Shown here piece after piece: positions 26,450 through 35,937 of a DNA stretch of 64,000 nt; within the stretch, counting starts at the first letter, position 1; each line of letters starts with the position of its first letter. Below the pieces are notes generated by a model. That model was not told where the DNA came from and did no database searches. It saw only the letters and a list, made by a program, of their open reading frames with translations. Both the position numbers and the translations under genes were made by a program. This DNA is from Candidatus Eiseniibacteriota bacterium (lineage in GTDB: Bacteria > Desulfobacterota > Binatia > DP-6). The stretch lies in assembly GCA_035577985.1 (NCBI GenBank), contig DATJZY010000014.1, positions 569 to 64,568 on the forward strand, written 5' to 3'.

Positions 26450-28099
26450 ATGGCGGACACGACGGGGCACACGACGCACGAGGTCACGAACCAGCCGCCG
26501 CTCCTCGAGGGCTACGATCTCTTCTCCACCGACCGGGTGCTCGGCGAGGCGGTCGAGCGTGAGGGCGCCGCGTGGGCCCGCGACCGGCTCGTCCGGCTCG
26601 GCACGTTTCTCGGCGGTGCGCCGCTCGAGTGGGGACGGCTCGCGAACGCCTACCCGCCCGTGCTGCGCACCCACGATCGCTTCGGGCATCGGATCGACGA
26701 GGTCGAGTTCCATCCGGCCTGGCACGACCTCATGCGCACGTCGGTCGCCCACGAGCTGCACGCGCTCCCGTGGCGCGACCCGCGCCGCGGCGCGCACGCG
26801 GCGCGCGCGGCCCTGTTCTACCTCATGTCCGAAGTCGAGGCCGGCCACGGCTGCCCGATCTCGATGACGTACTCCGCCGTGCCGGCGCTCCGCATGCAGC
26901 CCGAGGTGGCGGCCGAATGGGAGCCGCGCGTCACGTCGACGTCCTACGATCCGAGCTGCAGGCCGGCCACCGAGAAGTCCGGTGCGCTCTGCGGCATGGC
27001 GATGACCGAGAAGCAGGGCGGCTCCGACGTGCGCGCGAACACGACCCGCGCCGTCGCGCTCGGCCGTCCGGGGCCCGGCGGCGAGTACGCGATCACCGGC
27101 CACAAGTGGTTCTGCTCGGCGCCGATGTGCGACGTGTTCCTCGTCCTCGCCCACACCGACCGCGGCCTCTCGTGTTTCCTCTTGCCGCGCTGGCTGCCCG
27201 ACGGAACGCGCAACCGTTTCCACATCCAGCGCTTGAAGGACAAGCTCGGCAACCGCTCCAACGCCTCGAGCGAGGTCGAGTTCCACGGCGCCTGGGCGCG
27301 CATGGTCGGCGAGGAGGGACGCGGCGTGCCCACCATCATCGAGATGGTGAACCACACGCGGCTCGACTGCGTGATCGGCGCCTCCGGCGGCATGCGCTCG
27401 GCGCTGGTGCAGGCCCTGCACCACACGCGCCATCGCAGCGCGTTCGGCAAGCGCCTGGTCGAGCACGCCCTCATGCAGAACGTCCTCGCCGACCTCGCGA
27501 TCGAGAGCGAGGCCGCGACCGTCGCCATGATGCGGCTCGCGCGCGCCTACGACGACGGGGTGCCCGCCGAGGAGCAGGCGTTCGCCCGCCTCGCGACGGC
27601 GGTCGTGAAGTACTGGGTGTGCAAGCGGCAACCGCCGCTGGTCGTCGAAGCGCTCGAGTGCCTCGGCGGCGGCGGATACGTCGAGGAGTCGATCATGCCT
27701 CGCCTGTTCCGCGAGTCGCCGCTCAACGGCATCTGGGAGGGCTCGGGCAACGTCATCTGCCTCGACGCCCTCCGCGCGATGGGCCGCGAGCCCGAGTCGG
27801 TCGAGGCGTTCTTCGCCGAGCTCGACCGTTCGCGCGGGCGCGACCCCCGGCTCGACGCCTTCGTCGACGGCGTGCGCGCCGAGCTCGGGGACTTCACCGA
27901 CATCGAGCGCCGCGCCCGCCGCGTGGTGGAGCGGCTCGCGCTGGCGCTGCAGGGCGCGCTCCTGGTCCGGCACGGCGACCCGGCGGCGGCCGACGCCTTC
28001 TGCGCGTCGCGCCTCGCGGGCGACCACGGCAAGGCCTTCGGCACCCTCCCGCGCGACACCGATTTCGCGCGCATCATCGAGCGCGCGACGCCGGCCTGA
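26450..28099 (+). CDS. AidB-like acyl-CoA dehydrogenase family protein
   Basis: MTEKQGGSDV ... KWFCSAP ... LKDKLGNRSNASSEVEF ... NGIWEGSGNV. Confidence 0.85.
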   Translation: MADTTGHTTHEVTNQPPLLEGYDLFSTDRVLGEAVEREGAAWARDRLVRLGTFLGGAPLEWGRLANAYPPVLRTHDRFGHRIDEVEFHPAWHDLMRTSVAHELHALPWRDPRRGAHAARAALFYLMSEVEAGHGCPISMTYSAVPALRMQPEVAAEWEPRVTSTSYDPSCRPATEKSGALCGMAMTEKQGGSDVRANTTRAVALGRPGPGGEYAITGHKWFCSAPMCDVFLVLAHTDRGLSCFLLPRWLPDGTRNRFHIQRLKDKLGNRSNASSEVEFHGAWARMVGEEGRGVPTIIEMVNHTRLDCVIGASGGMRSALVQALHHTRHRSAFGKRLVEHALMQNVLADLAIESEAATVAMMRLARAYDDGVPAEEQAFARLATAVVKYWVCKRQPPLVVEALECLGGGGYVEESIMPRLFRESPLNGIWEGSGNVICLDALRAMGREPESVEAFFAELDRSRGRDPRLDAFVDGVRAELGDFTDIERRARRVVERLALALQGALLVRHGDPAAADAFCASRLAGDHGKAFGTLPRDTDFARIIERATPA

Positions 28100-28104
28100 G
28101 CCGT

Positions 28105-29331
28105 TCAGACCTCGTTCTGCAGGATCTGGTCGAGCGTCTGCCGCTTGCGGAGGAGGCGCAGCTTCCCGCCCGTCTCGAGCATCACCTCGGGCGCCTGCGG
28201 GTAGGTGTTGTAGTTGATCGTCGACATGCCGGCGCAGTACGCGCCCGCGCCGCCCACCACGACCAGGTCGCCGATCGACGGCCGTGGAACCCGGCGCGGC
28301 GCCAGCCCCTCGGGATCGCCGGGCGCCGGTGTCAGGATGTCGCCCGACTCGCAGCATGGGCCGCAGAAGACGACGTCGGTCGCGGGTGCCTCGGCGAACA
28401 CGTCGATCGGGTGCTGCGCCCCGTAGAGCGACGGGCGCGTCACCTCCGTCATGCCGGTGTCGAGCTTCGCGAACGTGTAGCCGTCCGTGCCGGTGTCGAC
28501 CACGTCGATGCAGGTGGCGACGACGGCCCCCGCGTTCGCGACCAGGTACGTCCCCGGCTCGATCTCGAGGTGCAACGCACGCCCGTACCGCTCGCGGAAA
28601 CGGACGAACTCGTCCTTTATCGGCGCGCCGCACTCCTGGAGGTCGGTCCCCTGCTCGCCCGGGACCCGCGCCACCTTGAAGCCGCCGCCGAGGTTCACCG
28701 TCGTCACGTCGGGAAGCCTCGCCGCCAGCTCGAGCGTCATGCGCGAGACGCGCTGCCAGACCGCCGGATCCGATCCCGAGCCGATATGCGAGTGCAGGCG
28801 CCGGATGCGGAGGCCGTGCTTCGATGCGAGCGCCGTCACCTCGCCCAGATGCTCGTGCCAGATGCCGAAGCTGGAGCCGGGCCCGCCCGTGTTGGTGCGG
28901 TTCGTGGATCCACTGCCGAGCCCCGGGTTCATGCGCACGCAGACGTCGGTGCGGGGAAAGGCGCTCCCGTATTCGTCGAGCTGGTGCAGCGAGCAGGCGG
29001 TGTAGAGCACGCCGCGTCCGACCAGATCGCGCAGGTTCCGCGACGGCATCTGCGAGGTGAGCTGGATGCGGGCCGGCGGCGCCCCGATGCGCAGCGCGCG
29101 CTCGACCTCGAAATCGCTCGACGCGTCGACGTGGAGCCCGAGGTCGAGGAAGAGCCGCAGGATGGCGGCGTTCGGGTTCGCCTTCATGGCGTAGCGGACC
29201 GTGAGCCCGAACGCGTTCGGGAAGGCGAGCGCCCGCTTCGCAGCCGCCTCGAGCGAAGCCCGGTCGTAGACGTAGCAGGGCGTCCCGAAACGCTCGCGCA
29301 CCTCGCTGGCATTGGCCGGCGTCAAGAACAT
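28105..29331 (-). CDS. Diaminopimelate decarboxylase family (type III PLP-dependent decarboxylase)
   Basis: YAMKANPN (PLP Lys), HSHIGSG, GGGF, CESGD. Confidence 0.85.
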   Translation of the reverse strand: MFLTPANASEVRERFGTPCYVYDRASLEAAAKRALAFPNAFGLTVRYAMKANPNAAILRLFLDLGLHVDASSDFEVERALRIGAPPARIQLTSQMPSRNLRDLVGRGVLYTACSLHQLDEYGSAFPRTDVCVRMNPGLGSGSTNRTNTGGPGSSFGIWHEHLGEVTALASKHGLRIRRLHSHIGSGSDPAVWQRVSRMTLELAARLPDVTTVNLGGGFKVARVPGEQGTDLQECGAPIKDEFVRFRERYGRALHLEIEPGTYLVANAGAVVATCIDVVDTGTDGYTFAKLDTGMTEVTRPSLYGAQHPIDVFAEAPATDVVFCGPCCESGDILTPAPGDPEGLAPRRVPRPSIGDLVVVGGAGAYCAGMSTINYNTYPQAPEVMLETGGKLRLLRKRQTLDQILQNEV

Positions 29332-29404
29332 GCCCGACTTTTAGCCCGCTCCGTCGCGCCGACGCCAGCACGCGCCGGATGGGCGCGGAGGGCGGCGTAG
29401 GTCG

Positions 29405-29525
29405 CGCGAGGTCGGGGACGGGGCGGAGGCGCCTGCGAAGCGGCGCGACGAAATGAAGGGCCATGACGCCGTATATGTTTGTCGCGCGGCGGAGCCGAAG
29501 CCGAAGCCCCGTCCCCGACCTCGCG
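29405..29525. repeat. 121-nt nested inverted repeat (20-bp perfect outer arms)
   Basis: cgcgaggtcggggacggggc (29405..29424) pairs with gccccgtccccgacctcgcg (29506..29525). Inner arms are gcgcgacgaaa and tttgtcgcgc, around an AT-richer centre (gtatatgttt). Confidence 0.8.
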
Positions 29526-29539
29526 GCACCAACGTCCGC

Positions 29540-31639
29540 CTACTCGGCGCTACCGCCGACGCACGGCGTGCCGTCCGTCGGGCACCGGTAGTACAGGCCC
29601 GGCAGGATGCACATGTCGTCGTCCGCGAGCTCGCCGAAGACGAGGTTCGCCGGCACGCAGCGGCCGGTGCCGAAGCCGGCGCAGTCGGCGTCGGTGCGGC
29701 ACCACTTCGACGCCCCGCCGTATGTGTCGCCGCCCGCGAGCACCTGCTCCACGATCGACTTCCCGGGCGGCACGCCCGGCACCTCTTCGCAGCCGAGGCG
29801 CACCGGGGTCGTGACGCCGTTGTCGTGCGTGCAGGTGTAGACGAGCTTCTCGCCCTTCTGGACGATGATCGGCGGCCAGAAGGCGCGGCTCACCGGGTCG
29901 GAGTACTCGGTGCTGACGGCGAGATGCTTCGACCCGTCGGTCGCGTCGGTCATGTCGTCGGGCTGCTCGATGCGCTTGCCGTCGAGGCCGAAGAGGTCGG
30001 TCACGAAGTTCGTGGCGCGCTTGTGCATGTGGGACGTGACGCCCATCAGCGCGAAGCTGTCGCCCACCGGGTCGGCCTCGCCCGCGAGGCTGCAGAACGG
30101 ATCGGGAGCGCCGGTCGCCGGGTTGGCGTAGAACGCGCACGAGAGGTAGCTCGCCGCGTCGCTCACCTGCCCCGGTGGGACCTTGATGAAGACGTTCGCG
30201 ATCTCCTCGAACAGGATGCGCGCCCGGTGCGTCACGAGCGACGAATCGACCGGCGTCACGTTCACCCACACCTCCGCCATCGTGTCGGCGAACGGGTTCG
30301 TGTAGTGCGAGTTCAAGAGCAGCGGCTGGTTCTTGTGCATGTGCAGCGCGACGCCGGTCTCCGCCGTCTGGTAGTCGACCAGGTAGTGCGGCGTCTGCCC
30401 GCCGACGACGAACGCCCAGTCGTACCCGAACTGCTCGCAGGGGACGAAGCCGGTCGGGAAGCGGGCGTCGAAGCCCGGCTCGTCGCAGTCGGAGATGCCG
30501 TTGTCGTCCCGATCGAGGCAGCGGTTCGCACGCAGGATGAAGTGGTGGCTGCCCTCGTGCATGAAGAGCTCCCACTGCCCCACGTCGAATTCGCTCTCGT
30601 TGCCGAGGCGCACCATCTGGCACCCCTCGGTCTCCGGCAGGTCGCCCAGCATGAACGGGTCCATGTGAGCCTGGAAGCCGCCCGCGGGCACGGCCGGCGC
30701 CGGGATGCGCGGCTGCCGGTCGACCTCGCCCGAGAGGCTACCGCTGATGACGCGCTCGCGCGGCGCGCCGGCGAGGATCCACTTGCGGATCATCTCGACC
30801 TGGTCGTCGGGAAGTGGCTTCCGCCCCTGGGGCATCTGCACGCCCTCGCCGGGCGCGAGCTTCCCCTCGAGCTTGTCCATGAGGAAGCTCGTCTCCGGCG
30901 CACCGGGGACCACGCGCTTCTTGCCGGCGAACTGCGCGACCGAGGTGGTCGCGATCTGTCCGACGAGGCTCTGGTAGACGCCGTCGCCGGCGAGCACGAG
31001 CCCCGCCTGCGGGTTCTCGACGCCGTGGCAGCCCGAGAAGGCGCAGCTCTTGTCGAACACGCGCTTCTGGATCGTCGCGAAGCTGATCCCACCGCGACGC
31101 TTCTCCTTCACGGGGGGCTTGCAGAGGAACGTCACGCCGTCGGCGTCGCCGGTGCCGTCCCCTGCCGTGGTCGCGAGCGCGAACCGCTTGCGCCCCGCGC
31201 GGGCGCTGCCGTTCGCGCGCGTGCCGAGGGGCACCGTCAGCGTCGTCATGGCCCCGCAGGCGTCGGCGGTCGTCGCGGGCTTGTCGACCAGGTCGAGCGT
31301 GCGCGAGAGCATCTCCAGGTCGGCGTCGCCGCCCGCACCGGTGACCGCCGCGCTCGTGACGCCGCCCGCCGCACACGCTTCGCTGCCGTCGAGGCACACG
31401 CGCACCCAGTACTCGCACTTGCCGTTGACGAGATGGTCGCGGTCGCAGACGCGATCGCCGTCGTGACACGAGACGACTCGCGCGCGCGGCGCCGCCGACG
31501 CGCCCGTGACGTCGAGGGTCGCCAGGCAATCGCCCGCCTTGGGCCCGCCCCCCATGAGCTGCGTCGCACCGCCCGGCGCGGCCTGGGCGACGACCATCCC
31601 GAGCGTGAGCGCCAGCGGCAGCATGGCGAAGCGTCGCAT
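29540..31639 (-). CDS. Secreted three-part protein: Cys-rich module, CX4CH haem-like motif region, and a His-cluster domain reminiscent of a type-2 Cu monooxygenase
   Basis: Signal peptide: MRRFAMLPLALTLGMVVAQA. Cys-rich module: CHDGDRVCDRDHLVNGKCEYWVRVC ... VTFLCKP. Haem-like region: KSCAFSGCHGVENPQAGLVLAG. His cluster: GSHHFIL, NSHYTNP, TSHMHKRA. Confidence 0.8.
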   Translation of the reverse strand: MRRFAMLPLALTLGMVVAQAAPGGATQLMGGGPKAGDCLATLDVTGASAAPRARVVSCHDGDRVCDRDHLVNGKCEYWVRVCLDGSEACAAGGVTSAAVTGAGGDADLEMLSRTLDLVDKPATTADACGAMTTLTVPLGTRANGSARAGRKRFALATTAGDGTGDADGVTFLCKPPVKEKRRGGISFATIQKRVFDKSCAFSGCHGVENPQAGLVLAGDGVYQSLVGQIATTSVAQFAGKKRVVPGAPETSFLMDKLEGKLAPGEGVQMPQGRKPLPDDQVEMIRKWILAGAPRERVISGSLSGEVDRQPRIPAPAVPAGGFQAHMDPFMLGDLPETEGCQMVRLGNESEFDVGQWELFMHEGSHHFILRANRCLDRDDNGISDCDEPGFDARFPTGFVPCEQFGYDWAFVVGGQTPHYLVDYQTAETGVALHMHKNQPLLLNSHYTNPFADTMAEVWVNVTPVDSSLVTHRARILFEEIANVFIKVPPGQVSDAASYLSCAFYANPATGAPDPFCSLAGEADPVGDSFALMGVTSHMHKRATNFVTDLFGLDGKRIEQPDDMTDATDGSKHLAVSTEYSDPVSRAFWPPIIVQKGEKLVYTCTHDNGVTTPVRLGCEEVPGVPPGKSIVEQVLAGGDTYGGASKWCRTDADCAGFGTGRCVPANLVFGELADDDMCILPGLYYRCPTDGTPCVGGSAE

Positions 31640-31648
31640 GGGTCGGTG

Positions 31649-32254
31649 TTACGAGGCGACCCGTCGAGCTGTCAACCGACCGATCAGCCGCGGAACGAAG
31701 CGCCCCGTCCGCTGCGCGTAGTCGGCGTACGCCGGACCGAACCGGGCCTCGAGCAGCCGCTCCTCGACGCGCGCCTCGGCGGTCGTCGCGACGAGATATA
31801 GCGGCCACAGCGCGAGCAGCACGACGTCGAGCGTCGCGAGCGCGGCGCCGAGCCAGAGCGCGAGATCGCCCGAATACGCCGGGTGGCGCACGAGCGCATA
31901 CGGACCCGACGTCGCGAGCGCGTGGTCGGGGAACACGACGGCCTGCGGGACGAGCTGTCGTCCCAGCGTCGCCGCCGCCCGGAGCATCATGACCGCCGCG
32001 TACAGACCGAGCGCGAGGCCCGCGAGCCGCACGACGGGCCACGCGCGGTCGAGCTCGCCCACGCGGGCGAGCATGATCGCGGCCGGCACGAGGAAGGCCA
32101 CCGGCAGCAGCACCGCCGGCAGCCATCGCCGCGCACCGGTCGCCCGCTGCGCCGATCCGGGAATGCGCGCCGCCAACGGCAGCACGCGCACGACGAGCAC
32201 GACGAGCGCGACGGCGTAGCCGGCCAGAAAGCCGAAGCGGAGGGCGTCGGCCAT
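31649..32254 (-). CDS. Isoprenylcysteine carboxyl methyltransferase (ICMT/PEMT) family membrane protein
   Basis: TSGPYALVRHPAYSGDLALWLG, with 4-5 TM segments. Confidence 0.8.
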   Translation of the reverse strand: MADALRFGFLAGYAVALVVLVVRVLPLAARIPGSAQRATGARRWLPAVLLPVAFLVPAAIMLARVGELDRAWPVVRLAGLALGLYAAVMMLRAAATLGRQLVPQAVVFPDHALATSGPYALVRHPAYSGDLALWLGAALATLDVVLLALWPLYLVATTAEARVEERLLEARFGPAYADYAQRTGRFVPRLIGRLTARRVAS

Positions 32255-32263
32255 GCGACCGCC

Positions 32264-32998
32264 TCAGCGCGCGGCCGTCGCCGCCGCGGCGGGTGCCGGC
32301 GTCGGGATCACCATCGGCACCAGGTTCGGCCGCTTGGCGCGCTTCAGCTCCTCGAGCTGCGCGCGCGCCGTCCGCTCGGCCTCGGCGTCGCGGATCGTGC
32401 CGAGGCGCTTCTCGAGCAGAGGATCGCCCCCGTCACGCACGAGGTTCGCCTCGGTGACGATGCGGTTCACGTGGTCCCGGACCTCCTCGAGCGCCCGGAT
32501 GTCGGCCTCAGGCGAGAGCCCGGAGAGCGTCTCGTGGAGACGCAGGCGCGCCTTGGCGTTGGCGAGGCGTGCGAGCATGCGCGTCCGTTCGTCGCGCAGG
32601 CGCTGGATCTCCTGCTGGAAGCCGACGAGGTTCTTCTTGGCGGCGTCGGCCTCGCTCGTGAGGTCGCGCAGCTCGTCGCCGAGGCGTGTCACGTCGTTCG
32701 AGAGCGCGTCGCGACGCGCGATCAGCGCGAGCGCCGCCGTGTCGTCGTCGCGCTCGACCGCGACGTCGAGCTGGCGCCGGACGCGGCCGAGCTCGTCGGT
32801 ACGCTGGCCGAGCTCGCGCTCGAGCTTCTGGCGCATGTAGATGACGCCGGCGGCGGCTTCGCGCAGCTTCCCGTACTGCACGACGCGCTCGGCGATCGCG
32901 GCTTCGTAGACCGCGCCGGGATTGCGGTGCTCGCGCTCGCCGATCCACCGGCCGAGCACACCACGGACGAGATTCGACAACCGTGCGAAGAATCGCAT
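32264..32998 (-). CDS. pspA: PspA/IM30 family protein
   Basis: C-terminal 244 codons of ORF 32264..33706: MRFFARLSNLVRGVLGRWIGEREHRNPGAVYEAAI. The rest is long coiled coil. Confidence 0.85.
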   Translation of the reverse strand: MRFFARLSNLVRGVLGRWIGEREHRNPGAVYEAAIAERVVQYGKLREAAAGVIYMRQKLERELGQRTDELGRVRRQLDVAVERDDDTAALALIARRDALSNDVTRLGDELRDLTSEADAAKKNLVGFQQEIQRLRDERTRMLARLANAKARLRLHETLSGLSPEADIRALEEVRDHVNRIVTEANLVRDGGDPLLEKRLGTIRDAEAERTARAQLEELKRAKRPNLVPMVIPTPAPAAAATAAR

Positions 32999-33042
32999 GC
33001 CATCCTCCTGCGCCGGCACGCGGCCGGCGCGTCGTTGCCGGC

Positions 33043-34434
33043 CTACTTGCCGGCGTCCTCGGCGGTGATGCCGAGCTCGCGCATCTTCTGCTGGAAATTC
33101 TGCCGGTACATCCCGACGTCCTCGGCCGCCTTGGTGATGTTGCCCCCGTGTCGGCGGAGCGCCTGCAGGATGAAGTCGCGCTCGAACGCCGCGACCACCC
33201 GCTCCTTCGCGTCGCGGAACGATCGCCCGTCGCCGTTGCTCGGCGGGACGGCCGGCGGCGCCGCCCCTTCGGGAACCGTGAAGAGATCCGTCGTGGCGAT
33301 CTCGTCGCCGGGCGCGAGCAGCAGCGCCTGCTCGATCGCCGACTTCAGCTCCCGCACGTTGCCCTTCCACTGGTGCGCCACGCAGGCCCGGAGCGCGTCG
33401 GCGGTGAGCGGCTTCACGGGACGCCCGAAGCGTGCCGCGGCGTCGGCGAGGAAGCGATCGACCAGCAGCGGGATGTCCTCGCGCCGTTCGGCGAGCGGCG
33501 GGATCACGAGCTCGATCACGCGCAGCCGGTAGTAGAGGTCCTCGCGGAAGCGGCCGGCCTTGACCGCCGCCTCGAGGTCCTGGTTCGTCGCCGCGATCAG
33601 TCGCACGTCGACCTTGATGGGCTGGTTCCCGCCGACGCGCTCGAACTCCTTCTCCTGGATCGCGCGCAGGAGCTTCGCCTGCGTCTCGAGCGGCATGTCG
33701 CCGCACTCGTCCAGGAAGAGCGTGCCGCCGTCGGCTGCTTCGAACTTGCCCTCGCGGCGCGCGACCGCGCCCGTGAACGCGCCCTTCTCGTGCCCGAAGA
33801 GCTCGCTCTCGACCAGCTCGCGCGAGAGGGCCGCGCAGTTCATCTTCACGAGCGGCCGGGCGCGACGCGGGCTGCGGTAGTGGAGCGCGTTCGCCACCAG
33901 CTCCTTGCCCGTCCCGCTCTCGCCGCGCACGAGCACCGTGACGTCCGTGTCGGCGACGCGCGCGATGGTCTCGAACACGCGCCGCATGGCCGGGCTCGCG
34001 CCGATCAGCTGCTCGAAGCCGTACGCGCCGGCCACCTGCTCGACGAGCCGGCGGTGGTCGCGCTTCAAGAGCGCGCCCTCCATGGCGCGGCGGACGACGA
34101 CGCGCAGCTCGTCGTTGTCGAACGGCTTCGGCAGGTAGTCGGCGGCGCCGAGCTTCATCGCCTGCACGGCCGCCTTCTCCGACCCGTGCGCCGTGATCAT
34201 GACGACCGCGAGGTCGGGATCGACGGCCCGCGCGCGCTCGAGCACCTGCATGCCGCTGATGCCTTCCATGCTGAGGTCGGTCACGACGACGTGGAAGCTG
34301 CCGGCCTCGATCTTGCGGACCGCCTCCTCGCCCGAGGACGCCGTCTCCACCTCGTAGCCTTCCTTGGTGAACAGGCCCCGGAGCGCCACCAGGATGGCCT
34401 TCTCGTCGTCGACGATGAGGATGCGTCCCGCCAT
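33043..34434 (-). CDS. Sigma-54-dependent response regulator (NtrC family)
   Basis: REC domain (ILIVDDE ... VVTDLSMEG), AAA+ domain (GESGTGKE, GAFTGA, GGTLFLDE), and a C-terminal Fis-type HTH. Confidence 0.95.
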   Translation of the reverse strand: MAGRILIVDDEKAILVALRGLFTKEGYEVETASSGEEAVRKIEAGSFHVVVTDLSMEGISGMQVLERARAVDPDLAVVMITAHGSEKAAVQAMKLGAADYLPKPFDNDELRVVVRRAMEGALLKRDHRRLVEQVAGAYGFEQLIGASPAMRRVFETIARVADTDVTVLVRGESGTGKELVANALHYRSPRRARPLVKMNCAALSRELVESELFGHEKGAFTGAVARREGKFEAADGGTLFLDECGDMPLETQAKLLRAIQEKEFERVGGNQPIKVDVRLIAATNQDLEAAVKAGRFREDLYYRLRVIELVIPPLAERREDIPLLVDRFLADAAARFGRPVKPLTADALRACVAHQWKGNVRELKSAIEQALLLAPGDEIATTDLFTVPEGAAPPAVPPSNGDGRSFRDAKERVVAAFERDFILQALRRHGGNITKAAEDVGMYRQNFQQKMRELGITAEDAGK

Positions 34435-34438
34435 CGCG

Positions 34439-35662
34439 TCACTTCGTCGGCAGCGGCAGCGTCACCTGGAACTCGGTGCCGCGCCCGACCGCGCTCTCGA
34501 CCTCGATCGTGCCCGTGTGCGCCTCGACGATCTTCTTCGCGATGGCCATGCCGAGCCCGGTGCCGTGGTCCTTGGTCGTGAAGAAGGGGTTGAAGATGCG
34601 ATCGAGCCGCTCCTTCGAGATGCCCGCCCCGTTGTCGCGGATGCGCACCGTCGCGTTCCGGCCGCCGTTCTCGAGTGAGCACTCGATCCGGCGTCCCTCG
34701 GCCACGTTCGCGAACGAGTCGATGGCGTTGTCGATGATGTTGACGAAGACCGACTTCAGCTTCTCCGGATCGGCGTTGACGGTCGGACCCGTGATGTAGT
34801 GGCGCACGGCGGCGACCTTCGCGCCTTCGAGCTTGCTCTTCATCTGGGTCAGCGACGCATCGACGATCGTGGCGAGGTTCACGTGCTGGAACGCGTAGTC
34901 CTCCTCCTTGGCGTACTTGAGGAGGTGCGAGATGCGCCGCTCGACGCGATCGAGCTCGTCGATGGCGACCTTCGCGTACTCGACGTGCTCGACCGATCCG
35001 GGATCCTCACCCATCTGCTGGACGAGCGACTTCGCGGCCGCGATGGGGTTGCGGATCTCGTGCGCGATCGTCGACGTGAGCTCCGAGAGGTCGGCCTGCT
35101 TCTCGGTCTGGAACACCGCCTTCTCGCGCTGCACCTCACGCGCGACGGCGGGATCGAAATACCGCTCCTTCAGGCGCCGCGATCCGAAGACCGCCATGTA
35201 GTGCGCGACGAGCCCGATGCCCCACCCGAGCGCGGGCCACAGGAACCACGGATACCAGCTGGTGAAGACGTTGATCAGCGCCAGGAACGCGATGACGGCG
35301 AGGTAGCTCTGCAGGTGCGCGTAGAAGGCCACCTCGTGCCCGGCGCGGACGCGCGCGCGACGCAGGATCTCCTCGTCGGTGAGCTCGGTCTTCGGGGGCG
35401 GCGGCGGTGGCGGCGCGGTCTGCGCCGTCTCCGGGGTCGGATAGCCGTAGCGGCGAGCCCAGCGTCGTGCTTCGCGCTCGGCCCGGCGCTTGTGCCGCTC
35501 CCAGTCGCGCGTCCAGTCGCGCTCCCACTTGGTGTGGTGCTTGGACGAGGCGCCGCACCCCCACGGGCTGTCGTCCTGCCCGATCCGCCGCGCGTATCCC
35601 CGATACTGCCGCATGAAGTGCTTGAAGAGGCACAGGGCGACGATGAATCCGATGAGCGCCAT
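34439..35662 (-). CDS. Sensor histidine kinase with an N-terminal 2TM-type membrane domain
   Basis: H-box STIAHEIRNPIAAA, N-box NIIDNAIDS, DNGAGI, GTGLGMAIAKK. The 2TM-like stretch is FYAHLQSYLAVIAFLALINVFTSWYPWFLWPALGWGIGLVAHY. Confidence 0.9.
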   Translation of the reverse strand: MALIGFIVALCLFKHFMRQYRGYARRIGQDDSPWGCGASSKHHTKWERDWTRDWERHKRRAEREARRWARRYGYPTPETAQTAPPPPPPPKTELTDEEILRRARVRAGHEVAFYAHLQSYLAVIAFLALINVFTSWYPWFLWPALGWGIGLVAHYMAVFGSRRLKERYFDPAVAREVQREKAVFQTEKQADLSELTSTIAHEIRNPIAAAKSLVQQMGEDPGSVEHVEYAKVAIDELDRVERRISHLLKYAKEEDYAFQHVNLATIVDASLTQMKSKLEGAKVAAVRHYITGPTVNADPEKLKSVFVNIIDNAIDSFANVAEGRRIECSLENGGRNATVRIRDNGAGISKERLDRIFNPFFTTKDHGTGLGMAIAKKIVEAHTGTIEVESAVGRGTEFQVTLPLPTK

Positions 35663-35684
35663 GTCCGTCTTGAGCGTCTCCTAG

Positions 35685-35700
35685 GGCAACCGGCGTGCCA
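35685..35700 (-). promoter_or_regulatory. Sigma-54 (-24/-12) promoter for the kinase / regulator / pspA operon
   Basis: Minus strand reads TGGCAC-GCCGG-TTGCC, matching all 10 core positions of TGGCAC-N5-TTGC. There are 23 nt between TTGC and ATG 35662. Confidence 0.65.
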
Positions 35701-35937
35701 GATGGTAGGCGAAGCGGGGCCCCTCGGTAAACCGGGCACTTGAGTGCCGCGCGCGGCCTGGTCCGCATGCGCCACGCTGCGGGGCGGGCGGGAGCTCCGC
35801 ATGACTGCGACTGCGTGCGTGGGTGAGGGCGCCGGTCGAGCGGCATCGCCGCGCGTACCCAGCATGCCGCGCCGGCTCCGCCGGCCGCGGCACCCCGCCC
35901 GCGCGAGCCACCGAAGGCTCCACCCTCGCGTCCTCTT

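Noticed and set aside
22467-29464. Giant listed ORFs 22467..25955 (-), 22568..25789 (+), 25910..29464 (-) and 26572..29400 (+)
   Set aside because: They are shadow ORFs created by the scarcity of stop codons at this GC content. They have no recognisable motifs and extreme Arg/Ala content. Each overlaps genes with strong family signatures.
29405-29525. The inverted-repeat elements at 29.4 kb and 55.6 kb as MITEs or insertion-sequence remnants
   Set aside because: There are no flanking direct duplications, no transposase, and no second copy in the window. They are reported as structural or regulatory repeats instead.
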